Notes under the pieces: generated by a model | The model's input: the letters and a program-made list of their open reading frames with translations, nothing else | Told to the model about the DNA's origin: nothing | Databases searched by the model: none | Origin: Bacillota bacterium | GTDB taxonomy: Bacteria; Bacillota; Limnochordia; DTU087 | Direction of reading: 5' to 3' | DNA length: 64,000 bases | Assembly (NCBI GenBank): GCA_012798695.1 | Contig: JAAZMR010000037.1 | Location: 3,150-67,149, forward strand | Made by a program: the position numbers and the translations under genes | Shown: piece after piece, positions 48,570 through 58,155 of the stretch | Layout: each line of letters starts with the position of its first letter | How positions within the stretch are numbered: the first letter of the stretch is position 1

Positions 48570-49604
48570 TCACTCCTTATCCTTTTTCTGGGCATTATCC
48601 TCTTGTTCTTCCGGATCTATCGCCATTCCGACGGCTTCCTTCACTCGACCCTCAATCTCATTGGCCAAATCAGGGTTCTGCCGGAGAAATTCTTTAGCGT
48701 TTTCCCGACCTTGGCCTAAGCGTGTATCACCATAGGAATACCAAGCACCGCTCTTGGTGACAATATCCATGTTGGCTCCGATATCCAATATGTCGCCTTC
48801 TCGCGAAATCCCTTCACCATACATGATGTCAAACTCGGCGTCGCGAAAAGGCGGTGCTACCTTATTCTTAACTACCCTAACCCGAGTTCGACTACCAACC
48901 ATTTGGTTGCCCTGCTTGAGAGTCTCAATGCGCCGAATATCCATCCTGATCGATGCATAGAACTTCAATGCACGGCCACCAGGAGTGGTTTCTGGGTTAC
49001 CAAACATCACCCCAACCTTTTCCCGGATCTGGTTGGTGAAAACTACAGTAGTTTTTGACTTGCTGATCGCCCCGGTCAACTTGCGCAAGGCCTGTGACAT
49101 CAATCTTGCCTGTAGCCCTACATGGGCATCTCCCATTTCGCCTTCAATCTCGGCTCTCGGGACCAGAGCAGCGACTGAGTCGACCACTACCACATCAACT
49201 GCACCACTTCTTACTAGGGCTTCAGCAATTTCCAAGGCCTGTTCTGCATTGTCCGGCTGTGAAATCAACAGATTGTCGATATCCACACCCAGCCTCTTGG
49301 CGTAAGTCGGATCCTGGGCATGCTCAACGTCTATGAATGCCGCAATACCGCCTTTTTTCTGTGCTTCGGCGACTATGTGTAAGGCTAGAGTAGTCTTGCC
49401 CGAGGATTCAGGTCCAAAAATCTCAATCACCCGGCCCCTTGGGACACCTCCTACCCCCAAGGCCAGATCTAAGGCCAAGGAGCCAGTAGATATGACCTGT
49501 ATGTTTGTGGCTTTAGCTTCTCCTAGACGCATAATCGCACCTTTGCCAAACTGCTTTTCTATCTGATGTAAAGCCATGTCAAGAGCCTTGAGCTTTTCCG
49601 ACAT
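48570..49604 (-). CDS. recA: Recombinase A
   Basis: [53 protein letters not shown]; start ATG 49604 behind GGAGGAG. Confidence 0.98.
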   Translation of the reverse strand: MSEKLKALDMALHQIEKQFGKGAIMRLGEAKATNIQVISTGSLALDLALGVGGVPRGRVIEIFGPESSGKTTLALHIVAEAQKKGGIAAFIDVEHAQDPTYAKRLGVDIDNLLISQPDNAEQALEIAEALVRSGAVDVVVVDSVAALVPRAEIEGEMGDAHVGLQARLMSQALRKLTGAISKSKTTVVFTNQIREKVGVMFGNPETTPGGRALKFYASIRMDIRRIETLKQGNQMVGSRTRVRVVKNKVAPPFRDAEFDIMYGEGISREGDILDIGANMDIVTKSGAWYSYGDTRLGQGRENAKEFLRQNPDLANEIEGRVKEAVGMAIDPEEQEDNAQKKDKE

Positions 49605-49639
49605 GTGGCCACTCCTCCCATCAAGTAACTTGCCGGCAC

Positions 49640-49653
49640 CAAACAATTGTTCG
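49640..49653 (-). promoter_or_regulatory. LexA (DinR/Cheo) SOS box upstream of recA
   Basis: CGAAC-AATT-GTTTG versus Firmicutes consensus CGAACRNRYGTTYC, just downstream of the -10 box. Confidence 0.8.
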
Positions 49654-49660
49654 CACTTTG

Positions 49661-49689
49661 AGTATATCATAGGGAATCATGTAGGGCAA
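49661..49689 (-). promoter_or_regulatory. sigmaA promoter of recA
   Basis: TTGCCC-N17-TATACT with extended TG. Confidence 0.7.
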
Positions 49690-49816
49690 GCCGTGCAATT
49701 GCAGACAATCTGCAAAGTTAAGCACGAGATTGCCATTCGGTAATGGCCTGTATGCCGATCCCCATAGGCTGGTAACTTAAAAGTAGGCAGCAACCTAGAT
49801 ATAGGACAAATCTAGA

Positions 49817-49843
49817 ATTCGACACTGCCTGAGCCAATCCTCC
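49817..49843 (-). promoter_or_regulatory. sigmaH-type promoter candidate upstream of recA
   Basis: GGAGGATTG-N11-GTCGAAT. Confidence 0.5.
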
Positions 49844-49964
49844 TTGACTAGCTCCATCCAGCCAACCCCAGGCTTACTTGAACAAGCTAAATCACCAAAA
49901 AGTTCAGGTTAGTATGGATCTGATAGGTACCCAATATGGAGTCAGCCAGTTCTACCTATATCAC

Positions 49965-51212
49965 TCATTTCCGTAAGTGCTGCCGCAAGATATCTAATGC
50001 TGCCAAAGCGGCGCGCTCTTTGACCTGCAGACGGTCACCTGCGAACTGACGCCTATGGGTTTCTGCACCATCAGCATGGCTGAGGCCAAAGTAGACAAGC
50101 CCCACTGGCTTCGTTTCTGTACCTCCCCCAGGGCCGGCGATACCCGTGACAGATAGGCCAATATCTGTGCCAGCCCACTCCCTAACTCCGATGGCCATGG
50201 CTTGGGCCACCTGTTCGCTCACCGCCCCAAATTGGCTCAGTAACTCTGGATCAACACCTAGGACTGATTCCTTGGCGGTATTGCTGTAAGTTACGGCTCC
50301 TTGTATGTAGTACCCGGAACTGCCTGGGACACTCGTCAGTTTGTGGGATATAAGCCCACCAGTACACGATTCTGCCAGTGCTATGGTTCGCCCCTGTGAC
50401 AGTAGTAGCCGAGCAACCACCATTTCCATTCCCTCGTCACCATAGCCATAGAAATATGACCCCAATCGGGCAAGCAGTTGTTCCTCCACAGGTTTGATCA
50501 GTCTGGCAGCTTCAGTTTCATTGGCCGCCTTAGCGGTGAGTCTTAGCCTGACTTCGCCACTCCCGGCATAGGGAGCAATGGTCGGGTTGGTTTGCACTGC
50601 TATGATATCTTGAATCATGCTATCTAGGCTCGATTCTCCCAGCCCGTAGAATCTGAGGACACGGGAGTAGATTATGCCAATTCCGTTCTCCCCCAACCGC
50701 TGTTTAATGTATGGAACAACCGACTCATCCATAATAGCCTTCAGTTCCACCGGCACTCCCGGGAGCATGATTACTGCCTTCCCCTCGTCCAATTCCAGAA
50801 GCACCCCCGGAGCCGTCCCTTTGGGATTGGGCAGCGCTTGCGCGCCCGCTGGCAGGTAAGCTTGCCTCTTATTGTTCTCAGACATACTCGTCTGCAGACG
50901 ACGAAATCGCTGTTCAATCGCTGCTAAGGCTTCAGTACACAGTTCCAGCTCTTTTCCAAAAGCGTCAGCGACAGCTTCTTTTGTCAGGTCATCCGCTGTA
51001 GGCCCTAGCCCTCCCGCAGTAATCACTAAGTCTGCTCTCTGATGTGCTTGTTGGACTAGTTGAGCAATCCTTTCTCGGTTATCGCCAACCCGGGTCACGT
51101 AATATAGATCGACACCCAGTTCAGCTAGGCGCTGGGCCATATACGCTGAATTGGTATCGACTACATCTCCCAAGAGAAGCTCAGTTCCAACCATGATTAG
51201 TTCTGCTAGCAC
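49965..51212 (-). CDS. cinA: Competence/damage-inducible protein A (NMN deamidase)
   Basis: GTELLLGDVVDTNS, GGLGPTADDLT, NPKGTAPG, LPGVP.E, AESCTGG, TGIAGPGGG. Confidence 0.96.
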   Translation of the reverse strand: MLAELIMVGTELLLGDVVDTNSAYMAQRLAELGVDLYYVTRVGDNRERIAQLVQQAHQRADLVITAGGLGPTADDLTKEAVADAFGKELELCTEALAAIEQRFRRLQTSMSENNKRQAYLPAGAQALPNPKGTAPGVLLELDEGKAVIMLPGVPVELKAIMDESVVPYIKQRLGENGIGIIYSRVLRFYGLGESSLDSMIQDIIAVQTNPTIAPYAGSGEVRLRLTAKAANETEAARLIKPVEEQLLARLGSYFYGYGDEGMEMVVARLLLSQGRTIALAESCTGGLISHKLTSVPGSSGYYIQGAVTYSNTAKESVLGVDPELLSQFGAVSEQVAQAMAIGVREWAGTDIGLSVTGIAGPGGGTETKPVGLVYFGLSHADGAETHRRQFAGDRLQVKERAALAALDILRQHLRK

Positions 51213-51641
51213 TTGTGTTCAGCCACATCCTCCGAGCACACTTTCAACCCGGATATGCGCCTTCTCTCCTTTCATCATCCCCGCCTAGATCGTGGCACCG
51301 AATCACAACAACTTCATCGCAATTGGGGAGTTGTGGGCAATGGACTTTAGAAAAGCTCACTTGTAGGTCATCACCTCGGTCCAATCATATTTCTGCAGGC
51401 ATATCGCATATCCTTTCATGGATTCGAGTCCCAGGGGCCAATGAACCACCCAATCTGTAAAACTTGTGTTACTTTGCCGAGATGCAGTTGACTCCGAGCC
51501 TGAGGATGAGTATAATTCAAAGAGACATGCGGGACAAAGATATTGGTAGGCGGGACAGCATTTGACCCAATTAGCTGTACTGACTATGCAACCCGCCTTA
51601 GCTATATGATTTAGCAACAAATGATATCGGAGGTGAAAGAC

Positions 51642-51815
51642 GTGACATGTCCTAAGCGGAACCTGCAGATCAGCCCCAGTCGGTGTCTTACCTGCTCGTA
51701 TTTTGGGGGTTATCACAATCAGGGAGTTTTGTGCTTCAAGGCTCAGCGGCGTCTCGCCTTTGACTATAAGAAAAAACCTTTGCCGGATTTTGCCTTGAGG
51801 CGCAATTGTGGCTGA
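51642..51815 (+). CDS. Small Cys-rich hypothetical protein (57 aa)
   Basis: Perfect SD GGAGGTG 6 nt before GTG; MTCPKR...RCLTCSYF...VLC... Confidence 0.55.
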   Translation: MTCPKRNLQISPSRCLTCSYFGGYHNQGVLCFKAQRRLAFDYKKKPLPDFALRRNCG

Positions 51816-51881
51816 TGGAACTGACGATTTCACACACTACATTGGCATTAATGACCTAATGACAGCCATTCACATATATGA

Positions 51882-51920
51882 AAATACCCTTCCACGAAAG
51901 AGCGTGAGAGGGTATTTCTT
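51882..51920 (+). terminator. Stem-loop / terminator between the two small ORFs
   Basis: AAATACCCT...AGGGTATTT stem with inner pairing, followed by CTTTAT. Confidence 0.5.
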
Positions 51921-51963
51921 TATGTAATGGATACAATATTGTCGAAATCGTGAGGTGACACGG

Positions 51964-52155
51964 ATGGGGAATGAGATCACACTCCATCGCATAGCTTCTC
52001 ATTGTACCGAATATGAACCCATCTCAACTGCCCAAGGTTACGGTATTTCGTGGTTGAATACCGCTATGTCTTCCGAACATTATCGCTGTGATTGGTGTGT
52101 TTATTGGCGAGGAGGCAGCTGCTGTATCTATATCGATCGGAATAGATACCATTAA
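51964..52155 (+). CDS. Small Cys-rich hypothetical protein (63 aa)
   Basis: SD GAGGTGA before ATG 51964; IASHCTEY...CDWCVYWRGGSCCI. Confidence 0.6.
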   Translation: MGNEITLHRIASHCTEYEPISTAQGYGISWLNTAMSSEHYRCDWCVYWRGGSCCIYIDRNRYH

Positions 52156-52586
52156 GCGCCAGTGCCGGCAAGCAGCTCTTGCTTGATTCCCACCAAATCA
52201 CGAATGGTGGTCTTCTCCAAGACTTCCAACATAGCATCTTGAGCTCGTACCCATACATTGTGCAGCGGACAATGGGGCCGGTTGCTGCAGAGTATGTCGT
52301 CATCTAGCAGGCAGCGAGTTATGGAGATAGGCCCATCGACAGTCTCTATTATTTCTCTGACCGTCAGATCTCCTAGATCGACTGAAGATCTAACGCCTCC
52401 TCCCGGACCCCGCATGCCTTCTACCCATCCTATACGACTCAGTATGGAGACTATCTGTGGTACAAAGGTGGAGGGAATGCCCTGCCGTTCAGCGATCTCA
52501 CGGCATGGAATGAACTCATTGTCTGGCTGACAGGCCAGATCCAACAGGATAGTTATCGCGTATTCAGCCTTCTTGGTTATCGCCAC
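52152..52586 (-). CDS. Rrf2 family transcriptional regulator, probably Fe-S binding
   Basis: ITKKAEYAITILLDL, REIAERQGIP, EGMRGPGGG, C-X7-C-X5-C-PLH; GTG start at 52586 (the ORF-track extension is promoter/leader). Confidence 0.9.
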   Translation of the reverse strand: MAITKKAEYAITILLDLACQPDNEFIPCREIAERQGIPSTFVPQIVSILSRIGWVEGMRGPGGGVRSSVDLGDLTVREIIETVDGPISITRCLLDDDILCSNRPHCPLHNVWVRAQDAMLEVLEKTTIRDLVGIKQELLAGTGA

Positions 52587-52710
52587 ATGTTCAGCAGCTT
52601 CATCCCGCCTAATCCCACGGGTGAGTCGGCCGCCTGCCCCCTTTCCTGTGAGAGTACGGCCGATTGATCGCCTGGCCCGACCGTCACTAGGAAAAACTCC
52701 CTTTGCTTCT

Positions 52711-52739
52711 ATTATCACATTCTGGAGACAAGCAGTCAA
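52711..52739 (-). promoter_or_regulatory. sigmaA promoter of the Rrf2 gene
   Basis: TTGACT-N17-GATAAT. Confidence 0.55.
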
Positions 52740-52820
52740 CTATGTGGACGGAGATTGAAGTGGTCTCCTAGTCAGCGGAGGTCGTAGATTGAGTGTCTAA
52801 GTCCATCCGGCCAACCTTGG

Positions 52821-54314
52821 TTAGCTAGCCAAGCAAAGCTTGCGCAAACGGTCCCCTGACAGCTTTTCTTCCTTGAGAAGTTCTTCAGCCAATATGCCTG
52901 CTATTGTCTGATGGCTGCTCAGCAGGTTCCGGACACGCTGTTCCTGCTCAGCAATGATGGTCTTTACCTCCTTATTCACATCTTCCGACAGAACATGCTG
53001 TTTGCTTACTACTCCCAAGCCGGACATTCCGCAATAAATCATCTGGTGTGCCGCGTCAACTGCCTGATCAAAATCACCCTTAGAGCCAGTGCTGCGGCTG
53101 CCGAAGACCATTTCTTCCATGATGGCTCCACCCAAAGCGATGGCGATCTGATCTAGCAGCTGTTGCTTCGAATATAAATAGCGATCACCTTCTGGAGCCT
53201 GGCGCATATAGCCCAAAGCTTGTCCTCTGGGAATCACCGTCAAAGAGGAAACTGAGCCTTTGCGAATGCTTTCACTCACCAGGGCATGACCGATCTCGTG
53301 GTAGGCGATCCTGCGTCTCTCCTCTTCTAGAGGTTGGCGATCTAGTTTCTCTCCCAACATGACTTTTTCCAGTGCCTCACGCAGGTCTTCCTCACGAATC
53401 ACATTCGACTGATTCCGCAAAGCATTAATAGCTGCTTCATTCAACAAGCTTTCCAGATGTGCTCCAGAGAAACCAAAGGTTTCACGTGCTATCTTGTCCA
53501 AATCCACACTAGCTGCCAAAGGCTTGTTTTTGGCGTGGATCCTGAGTATATGCAGCCGCCCTTCCTTGTCAGGTAAATCGACCCTAACCACCCGATCAAA
53601 CCGACCGGGCCGAATCAGCGCGGGATCTAGTAAATCAGGCCGGTTGGTCGCGCCCACCATCAGCACCCGCACTTCTGTCTCAGCATTTATTCCGTCCATT
53701 TCTACGAGCAGCTGATTCAGAGTCTGATCATACTCCAAATGGCTGCTGTGACGACCCCGCTTTCCCCCAATTACTTCGATCTCATCTATAAAGACAATCG
53801 CACTATCTTTTCCCTGATGTGCAGCTGCTTGTCTACCCATGTTAAACAGCTTACGTATTCTCTGTGCCCCAACTCCAGCATACATTTCTACAAAAGATGA
53901 GCCACTGGCGGAAACAAATGCAGAATCCGTAAAACTCGCAGCTGCCTTAGCCAAGAGAGTTTTGCCGGTACCCGGAGGCCCAACCAGCAAAATGCCTTTC
54001 AAAGGACGAATACCCAGACTTTGGCTTTTCTCTCGGTTACAGATGAATTCTAAAGCTTCTAGGAGCTCTCGTTTGGCGGTTTCTTGACCACCGATATCAT
54101 CAAAGGTGACTACAGGTCCTGTGGAATCACGCGCATCAAGGGTTACAGCCTCTAGCTTACGGCTACTGGAAAAACGCCCGGCAAACATCATCTGCAGTAG
54201 AACGGCCAGTCCCGCCATCACCACTATAGGGGTAATATCGACACCCCAGATCCCTAACGCGATGACCAAGGCGAAACCTGAACCTAGTGCTGCCTCTTTC
54301 CAGTAAATCTCCAC
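52821..54314 (-). CDS. Short FtsH-like AAA+ / M41 metalloprotease paralog
   Basis: GPPGTGKT, FVEMYAGVG, FIDEIE, ATNRPDLLDPALIRPGRFDR, HEIGH; N-terminal TMs with no extracytoplasmic domain; GTG start at ~54314. Confidence 0.88.
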   Translation of the reverse strand: MEIYWKEAALGSGFALVIALGIWGVDITPIVVMAGLAVLLQMMFAGRFSSSRKLEAVTLDARDSTGPVVTFDDIGGQETAKRELLEALEFICNREKSQSLGIRPLKGILLVGPPGTGKTLLAKAAASFTDSAFVSASGSSFVEMYAGVGAQRIRKLFNMGRQAAAHQGKDSAIVFIDEIEVIGGKRGRHSSHLEYDQTLNQLLVEMDGINAETEVRVLMVGATNRPDLLDPALIRPGRFDRVVRVDLPDKEGRLHILRIHAKNKPLAASVDLDKIARETFGFSGAHLESLLNEAAINALRNQSNVIREEDLREALEKVMLGEKLDRQPLEEERRRIAYHEIGHALVSESIRKGSVSSLTVIPRGQALGYMRQAPEGDRYLYSKQQLLDQIAIALGGAIMEEMVFGSRSTGSKGDFDQAVDAAHQMIYCGMSGLGVVSKQHVLSEDVNKEVKTIIAEQEQRVRNLLSSHQTIAGILAEELLKEEKLSGDRLRKLCLAS

Positions 54315-54319
54315 GGTCC

Positions 54320-54859
54320 TCACCCCTCTCGTTCTACACTTTTCCACGCCATCGCGTGATTGCGCGCAAACACCTGGTAAAGATGCTCAGGTCCATGGTG
54401 CATTGCCAAACAAACAAATTGCGGCCCTACCCAGATCTCGTAGTCCTCTATACCGCGATGGGCTAGTTCATTCTCAACACTGTTTACCATCAGCTGAAAC
54501 CGACCTGTAGCAATGCCTTCCTCAACAGCATAGTGGATGGCGTAAAGTGCCTCGGAAAGGATAGGACCCCTGCTATCTTGGATGAAGATCCGCTCAGGCG
54601 GTATCCCTGCCTGCTTTGATAACCTCAGCATCTCGTCATAAGCTATCTTGAACCCAATCCCCTCTTGCAGCTCCACAACTAGGCTAAGACCGTCCGCGTC
54701 GGATTTGATATGGGCGGTTTTCACCCCCGTAGTATCCAGGAATTCTGCTTCAAGGTTACTGAGCATATGCTGCCTAAAGACAAAACGCTGACCGAGCAGC
54801 AGCAGGGTCAGTGTAATTGCAAAAACTATGATCACGACCGGAATCCGTATTCTCCCCAT
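54320..54859 (-). CDS. Hypothetical membrane-anchored protein
   Basis: MGRIRIPVVIIVFAITLTLLLLG signal/TM anchor; couples to the FtsH-like gene; start uncertain. Confidence 0.7.
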   Translation of the reverse strand: MGRIRIPVVIIVFAITLTLLLLGQRFVFRQHMLSNLEAEFLDTTGVKTAHIKSDADGLSLVVELQEGIGFKIAYDEMLRLSKQAGIPPERIFIQDSRGPILSEALYAIHYAVEEGIATGRFQLMVNSVENELAHRGIEDYEIWVGPQFVCLAMHHGPEHLYQVFARNHAMAWKSVEREG

Positions 54860-55002
54860 TTGGCGCCCCTCCCACCTGTAAGTCATTATAACATGGGGAA
54901 GTAGGCCACGAGACATGTAATACCTGCCAGGGGGAGTCACTACCGGCAGACAACATCAAGCGGCAATTGAGGCGAATATAGCTTGGTTGGGTTGAGCATG
55001 CC

Positions 55003-55524
55003 TCAGTTAAATAAGCCCCTGGCACGATAGAAATAGTCTAAGCCTGAGATCACAGTAATGGCTGTAGCCAACCCCATCAAGAATAACCCAAAGGGCCACT
55101 GCAAGAGTAAAGCAACGATAGCCGCCATCTGAAGAGTTGTTTTCAGTTTGGCCAAGGGGCTGGCGGGTATGACTATCCCTTCTACAGCTGCTATGATTCT
55201 CAAACCAGATACTGCGAACTCACGACCAACTATCAAAACCGCGATCCATGATGATACACGCCCCATCTCTACCAAAGTAAAGAGGGCAGCTGTTACCAGG
55301 AGCTTATCGGCTAAGGGATCGACCAACTGTCCGAATCGGGTGACTTCCTTGCGAATCCGAGCTGCGTATCCATCAAGGCTGTCAGTGAGGGCTGCAATAG
55401 CAAAAATGACAGCAGCAGCGGTGTTCGCATAAGGCAGCGAGCTGGAGACCAGAAGCATGAATACAGGGATCAGCAAGATTCGTGCAAATGTGATAGCCGT
55501 CGCCAGAGTCAGCCGCCGCATCAT
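55003..55524 (-). CDS. pgsA: CDP-diacylglycerol--glycerol-3-phosphate 3-phosphatidyltransferase
   Basis: TDSLDGYAAR...TRFGQLVDPLADKLL, REFAVSGLR. Confidence 0.95.
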   Translation of the reverse strand: MMRRLTLATAITFARILLIPVFMLLVSSSLPYANTAAAVIFAIAALTDSLDGYAARIRKEVTRFGQLVDPLADKLLVTAALFTLVEMGRVSSWIAVLIVGREFAVSGLRIIAAVEGIVIPASPLAKLKTTLQMAAIVALLLQWPFGLFLMGLATAITVISGLDYFYRARGLFN

Positions 55525-56912
55525 CCCTCACCGCTTTCGTCTAAAATTTCCGCTACTAAATCGTAGGTATGGCTTTCAATAATCCGTGCCTGGGCCAATT
55601 CTCCTGCTGGGAGCCAGCGGTTGCCTATGTAAATTTGACCATCTACCTCTGGTGCCTGGTATTGAGAGCGAGCAGTCAAGACTAAATCTGTCTCCTCTGA
55701 GGGGCCATCGATCAACACCTCGTAGACTCTGCCCACCCGGGCCTGGTTTTTCTTTTCAGCAATCTCCTGCTGCAGCGACATGGCTCGATGCCACCGCTCC
55801 TTCTTAACCGACTCGGGGATCTGGTCAGGAAGCCTAGCCGCCCGGGAGCCTTCTTCCGCGGAATAAGTGAAAATCCCTACATGGTCGAACTTTACATCCT
55901 CCAGGAAATCCAGCAGCTCCTTGAAGTCAGTCTCTGTTTCGCCAGGAAAGCCTACAATGAAGGAGCTCCTCAAGGCCACATCAGGTATAGCCTTACGCAA
56001 TCTATCGATCAATTGCCTTTGTGCTTTGGCTACTGCCCCTCTTCCCATACGCCTCAGAACATGATTACTCGCGTGTTGTAAAGGCAAATCTACGTAGTGA
56101 CAGACTTTCGGATTGCGTACATATTCATCGATCAAACGAGCGGAGAAAGTGGTCGGGTAGGTGTACAAGACTCGCAGCCAGTGTATATCGGGCAACTTGG
56201 ATAGCTCTTGGAGCAGTTCCGGTAATCCGGGGCTGCCGGGCAAGTCTTTACCATAGGCACTAGTATCTTGGGCGATCAAGATCAATTCTTTAGCACCATC
56301 TAAGACTAGTCTTTTCGCTTCTTCTATGATACTCACCATGGACCTGCTCCGATAGGGTCCCCTGATGGCGGGAATCACACAATATGCACATGAATGGCTG
56401 CATCCTTCAGCTATTTTTAGATAGACACTGTGGGGAGCGGTGGTCACAAGTCGCGGGAGTGGCCCATCATAGTTATAGCCCGGTTGACCGATATAGAGGG
56501 GACGCTCACCCCCGAAAACAGCCTCAAGCAGCTCTGGCAAACGATCCAGTTCGCCGGTACCCAACATCCCATCGATTTCCGGCATCTCCCACATCAGCTC
56601 TTGCCCATATCGCTGGCTAAGACAACCTGTAACAATCAAGGCCCGGCACCGATGGGTCTGCTTGTAGTTGGCCATCTCCAATATGGTATTAATTGATTCT
56701 TCCTTGGCAGGCCCGATAAACCCACATGTATTCACTACTATCACGTCAGCCTCACCGGCTGAGTTGGTCATCTCATAACCGGCTCTTTGCAGGTCACCTA
56801 ACATGATCTCACTATCCACCAGGTTCTTAGCACACCCTAAAGAGATCATGCCTACTTTAGTGGACTCTGGGGCCTGTCGAAAATCGTCTGGTAAATCATT
56901 CTTATCTACCAA
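55521..56912 (-). CDS. rimO: Ribosomal protein S12 methylthiotransferase
   Basis: SLGCAKNLVDSE, NTCGFI, YLKIAEGCSHSCAYCVIP, TRAM domain with APEVDG. Confidence 0.95.
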   Translation of the reverse strand: MVDKNDLPDDFRQAPESTKVGMISLGCAKNLVDSEIMLGDLQRAGYEMTNSAGEADVIVVNTCGFIGPAKEESINTILEMANYKQTHRCRALIVTGCLSQRYGQELMWEMPEIDGMLGTGELDRLPELLEAVFGGERPLYIGQPGYNYDGPLPRLVTTAPHSVYLKIAEGCSHSCAYCVIPAIRGPYRSRSMVSIIEEAKRLVLDGAKELILIAQDTSAYGKDLPGSPGLPELLQELSKLPDIHWLRVLYTYPTTFSARLIDEYVRNPKVCHYVDLPLQHASNHVLRRMGRGAVAKAQRQLIDRLRKAIPDVALRSSFIVGFPGETETDFKELLDFLEDVKFDHVGIFTYSAEEGSRAARLPDQIPESVKKERWHRAMSLQQEIAEKKNQARVGRVYEVLIDGPSEETDLVLTARSQYQAPEVDGQIYIGNRWLPAGELAQARIIESHTYDLVAEILDESGEG

Positions 56913-56988
56913 TCAACTCTCACCCGTTTCTCTGTCAAAGACTGCAACTAGCCCATTGCGTATAGTGACGAATTTGATGCCCTAATTA

Positions 56989-57015
56989 CTTCTGTTAGTT
57001 TCGAGGAACTCCTGC
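56989..57015 (-). promoter_or_regulatory. sigmaH-like promoter candidate for rimO
   Basis: GCAGGAGTT-N11-ACAGAAG (GAAG for GAAT). Confidence 0.35.
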
Positions 57016-57143
57016 CCCACTCTCTGGCCCTGCCTGGGACTCAGATGGAGAAACGAACGCCCTAGCAGGGATGAGGCGTCTTCTGGTGGAACCATCTATT
57101 AGTAGACAGGATTAGTGTGGTAATGTACGAGAAAGGAGATCAT

Positions 57144-58100
57144 ATGCTAGTCCCCATCTTTCTCATTGCGGTTGCTTTACAGGTATGGTCCTGGTCACCC
57201 GCAGCCTACCCTTTCTTAGTTTTCCTCATGATCACGGGAGTTATGGTGGCCAACAATTTGGTTTTCATGTTACTATTCTGGCAAGGAGTCACATGGGCTG
57301 GATATCTCATTCTGATCGCCTCTCGGCGGAAGGCCTGGACTGCAGCTCTCTCTCCTCTTCAACATGATATGAATGCTTTCCAAGAAGATGACTCTCGCGG
57401 GCAACCGACCGGAATGAAAGCAGCTTTTCACCATGCACTGCTCTGGCAATTGATCGGTGATGTACTCTTGCTCTCCCTGCTATTTGTGGTCAATCCCCAC
57501 CTAACAGCGCCAATTGCGGCAGATACCTACACTGCATCTATTGCCTCTTGTTTGACGCCTTCCACAGGTTGGCTGGGCACCATGTTCTTCATCTTGGGTG
57601 CCACTACACTCCTTCTAAAAATAACAGCCTGGACCCTTATTCAAAAGGAAAGCTTGTCTCTTACCTTTTTGCATACAGATCAAATGTATGTCAATTCATT
57701 CTGGGTATCTATTACCCTAGTAGCACTATATCAAACAATACGCCTGGCACATGTTTGCTTGCCCTCAACCCATAATCTAGCCGGAACAATTGGAATAACG
57801 GTTTCCTTCATGGTGCTAGCCTACCTATTGCACAGCTGGATTGACTACTACGGACATAAGCATCTGTGGCTCCCTCAGATATTGCCACTCCTAGGTCATG
57901 GCACTTCCGGCTGGGACATCAGGCTTAGTTTGGGAGCACTTGATTTCGCTGTATCATCCTTGAGTACTTTGGGAGCTGCCTGTATTGAGTTTGAGACCCA
58001 CCTGGTGCAGCTGAGCCAAGGTCTTATGCGCGTGCTTCTGATCGCTCAATCAGTGCCAAGAAGAATTTACCGGCTTTTGTTCAGCAAAACGATTGACTAG
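57144..58100 (+). CDS. Truncated, degenerate NuoL/MrpA-like membrane protein (318 aa)
   Basis: ANNLVFMLLFWQGV..AGYLIL aligns by eye to NuoL ADNL...GWEGVGLCSYLLI, and LIGDV aligns to RVGDV. SD AAAGGAG before ATG 57144. Much of the family core is missing. Confidence 0.6.
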   Translation: MLVPIFLIAVALQVWSWSPAAYPFLVFLMITGVMVANNLVFMLLFWQGVTWAGYLILIASRRKAWTAALSPLQHDMNAFQEDDSRGQPTGMKAAFHHALLWQLIGDVLLLSLLFVVNPHLTAPIAADTYTASIASCLTPSTGWLGTMFFILGATTLLLKITAWTLIQKESLSLTFLHTDQMYVNSFWVSITLVALYQTIRLAHVCLPSTHNLAGTIGITVSFMVLAYLLHSWIDYYGHKHLWLPQILPLLGHGTSGWDIRLSLGALDFAVSSLSTLGAACIEFETHLVQLSQGLMRVLLIAQSVPRRIYRLLFSKTID

Positions 58101-58155
58101 CCTAGCAGAGTTTTTAGCTTATGTAGATTTTGCACAGTGACAGGAGGTCATCTCT

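Noticed and set aside
51357-51833. 158-aa minus-strand ORF
   Set aside because: No SD or recognisable domain, and it overlaps a better-supported plus-strand small ORF with a perfect SD.
52587-52739. N-terminal extension of Rrf2 in the ORF track
   Set aside because: The TTG 'start' is the -35 box of a sigmaA promoter; the Rrf2 domain begins at 52586.
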